DNA of 64,000 nucleotides from Eledone cirrhosa (lineage: Eukaryota), in contig OZ024740.1 of assembly GCA_964016885.1 (NCBI GenBank), forward strand, positions 168,392,001 through 168,456,000. The letters run 5' to 3'. The position numbers and the translations under genes were made by a program. The notes below the pieces were generated by a model that was given only the letters and a program-made list of their open reading frames with translations, was not told the origin of the DNA and did not search any database. How positions within the stretch are numbered: the first letter of the stretch is position 1; the number at the start of each line of letters is the position of its first letter. This document shows, piece after piece, positions 62,614-64,000 of this stretch.

Positions 62614-62699
62614 GTATATCCAGTTGATCAAAGAGCTATTAGCTCCTGAGTCTCGCTACATGGTTGCCACAATGCAATATGACCCTTCAAAATATTCAG
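62614..62699 (+). CDS. TPMT: TPMT coding exon 6 (86 nt); gene continues beyond the window
   Basis: tgcAG acceptor; (R)YIQLIKELLAPESRYMVATMQYDPSKYS(G) resembles human YADTMFSLL...YDPTKHPG; CAG|GTAAAT donor at 62700. No GPPF exon found before 64000. Confidence 0.92.
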
Positions 62700-64000
62700 G
62701 TAAATGAAGAACAGAAAAAGGCAATGTGTACTATACATGCTTGAATATATGGTGAATTGTTTTCTTTCTTCAAAGATTGTCTGTCAAAAAAATAAGACTT
62801 TCATTATATTCAAGTCCATACAAAGTTCTTACAAGACATAAAACAACTTTCCAAAAGGACTTGAATATAGTGGACTCCACATTAGAGCAACAATGTATAC
62901 ATTAAAAAAAATCTTATCAAGTGTGTATAATGCTTACTTGCCTTCTCTTTACATTTGTACTTAATCTTCTTTTACTAGTTTCAGTCTTTGAACTGTGGCC
63001 ATGCTGATGTACTGCTTCCAAGGATTTTAGGTGTTTAGTCAAATATTTTGAATCCCCTGCTGCACTCAATACACACTCTGGTACTCATTTTAGGGATCTC
63101 TATTTATCAAATAGCTAAGTTCATTTACAGAGTTACTTCTCTGTACACAATAAAACAAAAATACTCTCAGGTCCCAAATAATAGATAGATTAGCAAAATG
63201 TAATAAGTGGGGAGGGAGATCTGAAAAATTAATACGGGGGGGGATTATTTGTGACCTGAGATTACTTGTAAACAAAACTTCATCCCTTTTTTATTATATA
63301 CATTCTGCCTGTGCATTGAGGGTGCATTTTGGTACCACCACCAGTAATATACTGAATCACATACACTATATATATATAAATCAATATGTTAGGAAAAACA
63401 GGCAAGGTGTGATTAGAAAAACTTATTTAATTATACATTCTCACACAAATGAGTTGTGTAGAGATATTGACTGCTCCAATCACTCACTCGTATTGTTACT
63501 CAATGAATCCTCACAGAATAAATACAATATTTAGAATTTCTAGTGATATTAGTGTAGAAGGAAAGAAGAGGAAGGATAAATTGGCCTATGGGCTTCCAGC
63601 AATTTTTGGTACTACATAAATAAGATATGTCATTGGCTGAGAAATAATAATCTATAGATCAAAGGGAATCACATAAGTGATGGGAGTGGCTATTGTGGTA
63701 AGAAGTTTGGGGAGTAGGGGGCAGGGCAAACAAGTGTGATGATTAATGGTGAGAAATAGGTCAGCAAAAAGTAGAAATAATTGTTTCTACTTTTTGGCAC
63801 AAGGCCAGCAATTACCCAGTATAATTACTGGTACTTTATTTTATCGACCCCATAAGGATGAAAGGCAAAGCAAAAAGTAGAAATAATGAATTCTAACTTA
63901 AGTACAAAATATCAAAAATATAACTCTCTACAAGAACTTCATATATGCCACACATAGTATTCAGTAATATGCACAGCACATGCAAAAACAACACAATTAT

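Noticed and set aside
63160-63185. ctcAG|GTCCC as the next TPMT (GP..) exon
   Set aside because: The frame stops after GPK and the polypyrimidine tract is poor.

Overview
This is AT-rich, repeat-dense animal genomic DNA. The SINE and RTE families and the abundant (TA)n/(GAT)n microsatellites look like those of an octopod cephalopod, which is an inference. One host gene is supported: a + strand TPMT (thiopurine S-methyltransferase) ortholog. Six GT-AG coding exons (46912-62699) splice in frame into 183 codons, and the last exons lie beyond the window. Everything else recognisable is mobile DNA. It includes an R4/Dong-type tail followed by three stacked Tx1 LINEs in (ATT)n, many RTE LINEs (one full-length ORF broken only by two A-homopolymer indels, all with a PHD-like finger inside the RT), CR1 fragments and two tRNA-SINE families. 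It also includes Chapaev3, hAT and piggyBac-type elements, a Transib/Chapaev-like relic, tandem Helitrons, a TRIM-like mini LTR element and a Penelope-like RT relic. The most interesting signal is a set of short non-coding cassettes sitting between (TA)n tracts (10.4-11.5 kb and 26-28.8 kb). Four carry complete type I hammerhead ribozyme cores with minimal stem III (palindromic in three) and a fifth is degenerate. They look like a microsatellite-targeted Penelope pLTR/retrozyme-like system. All calls were made by eye, and family names are from motif recall, not database searches.
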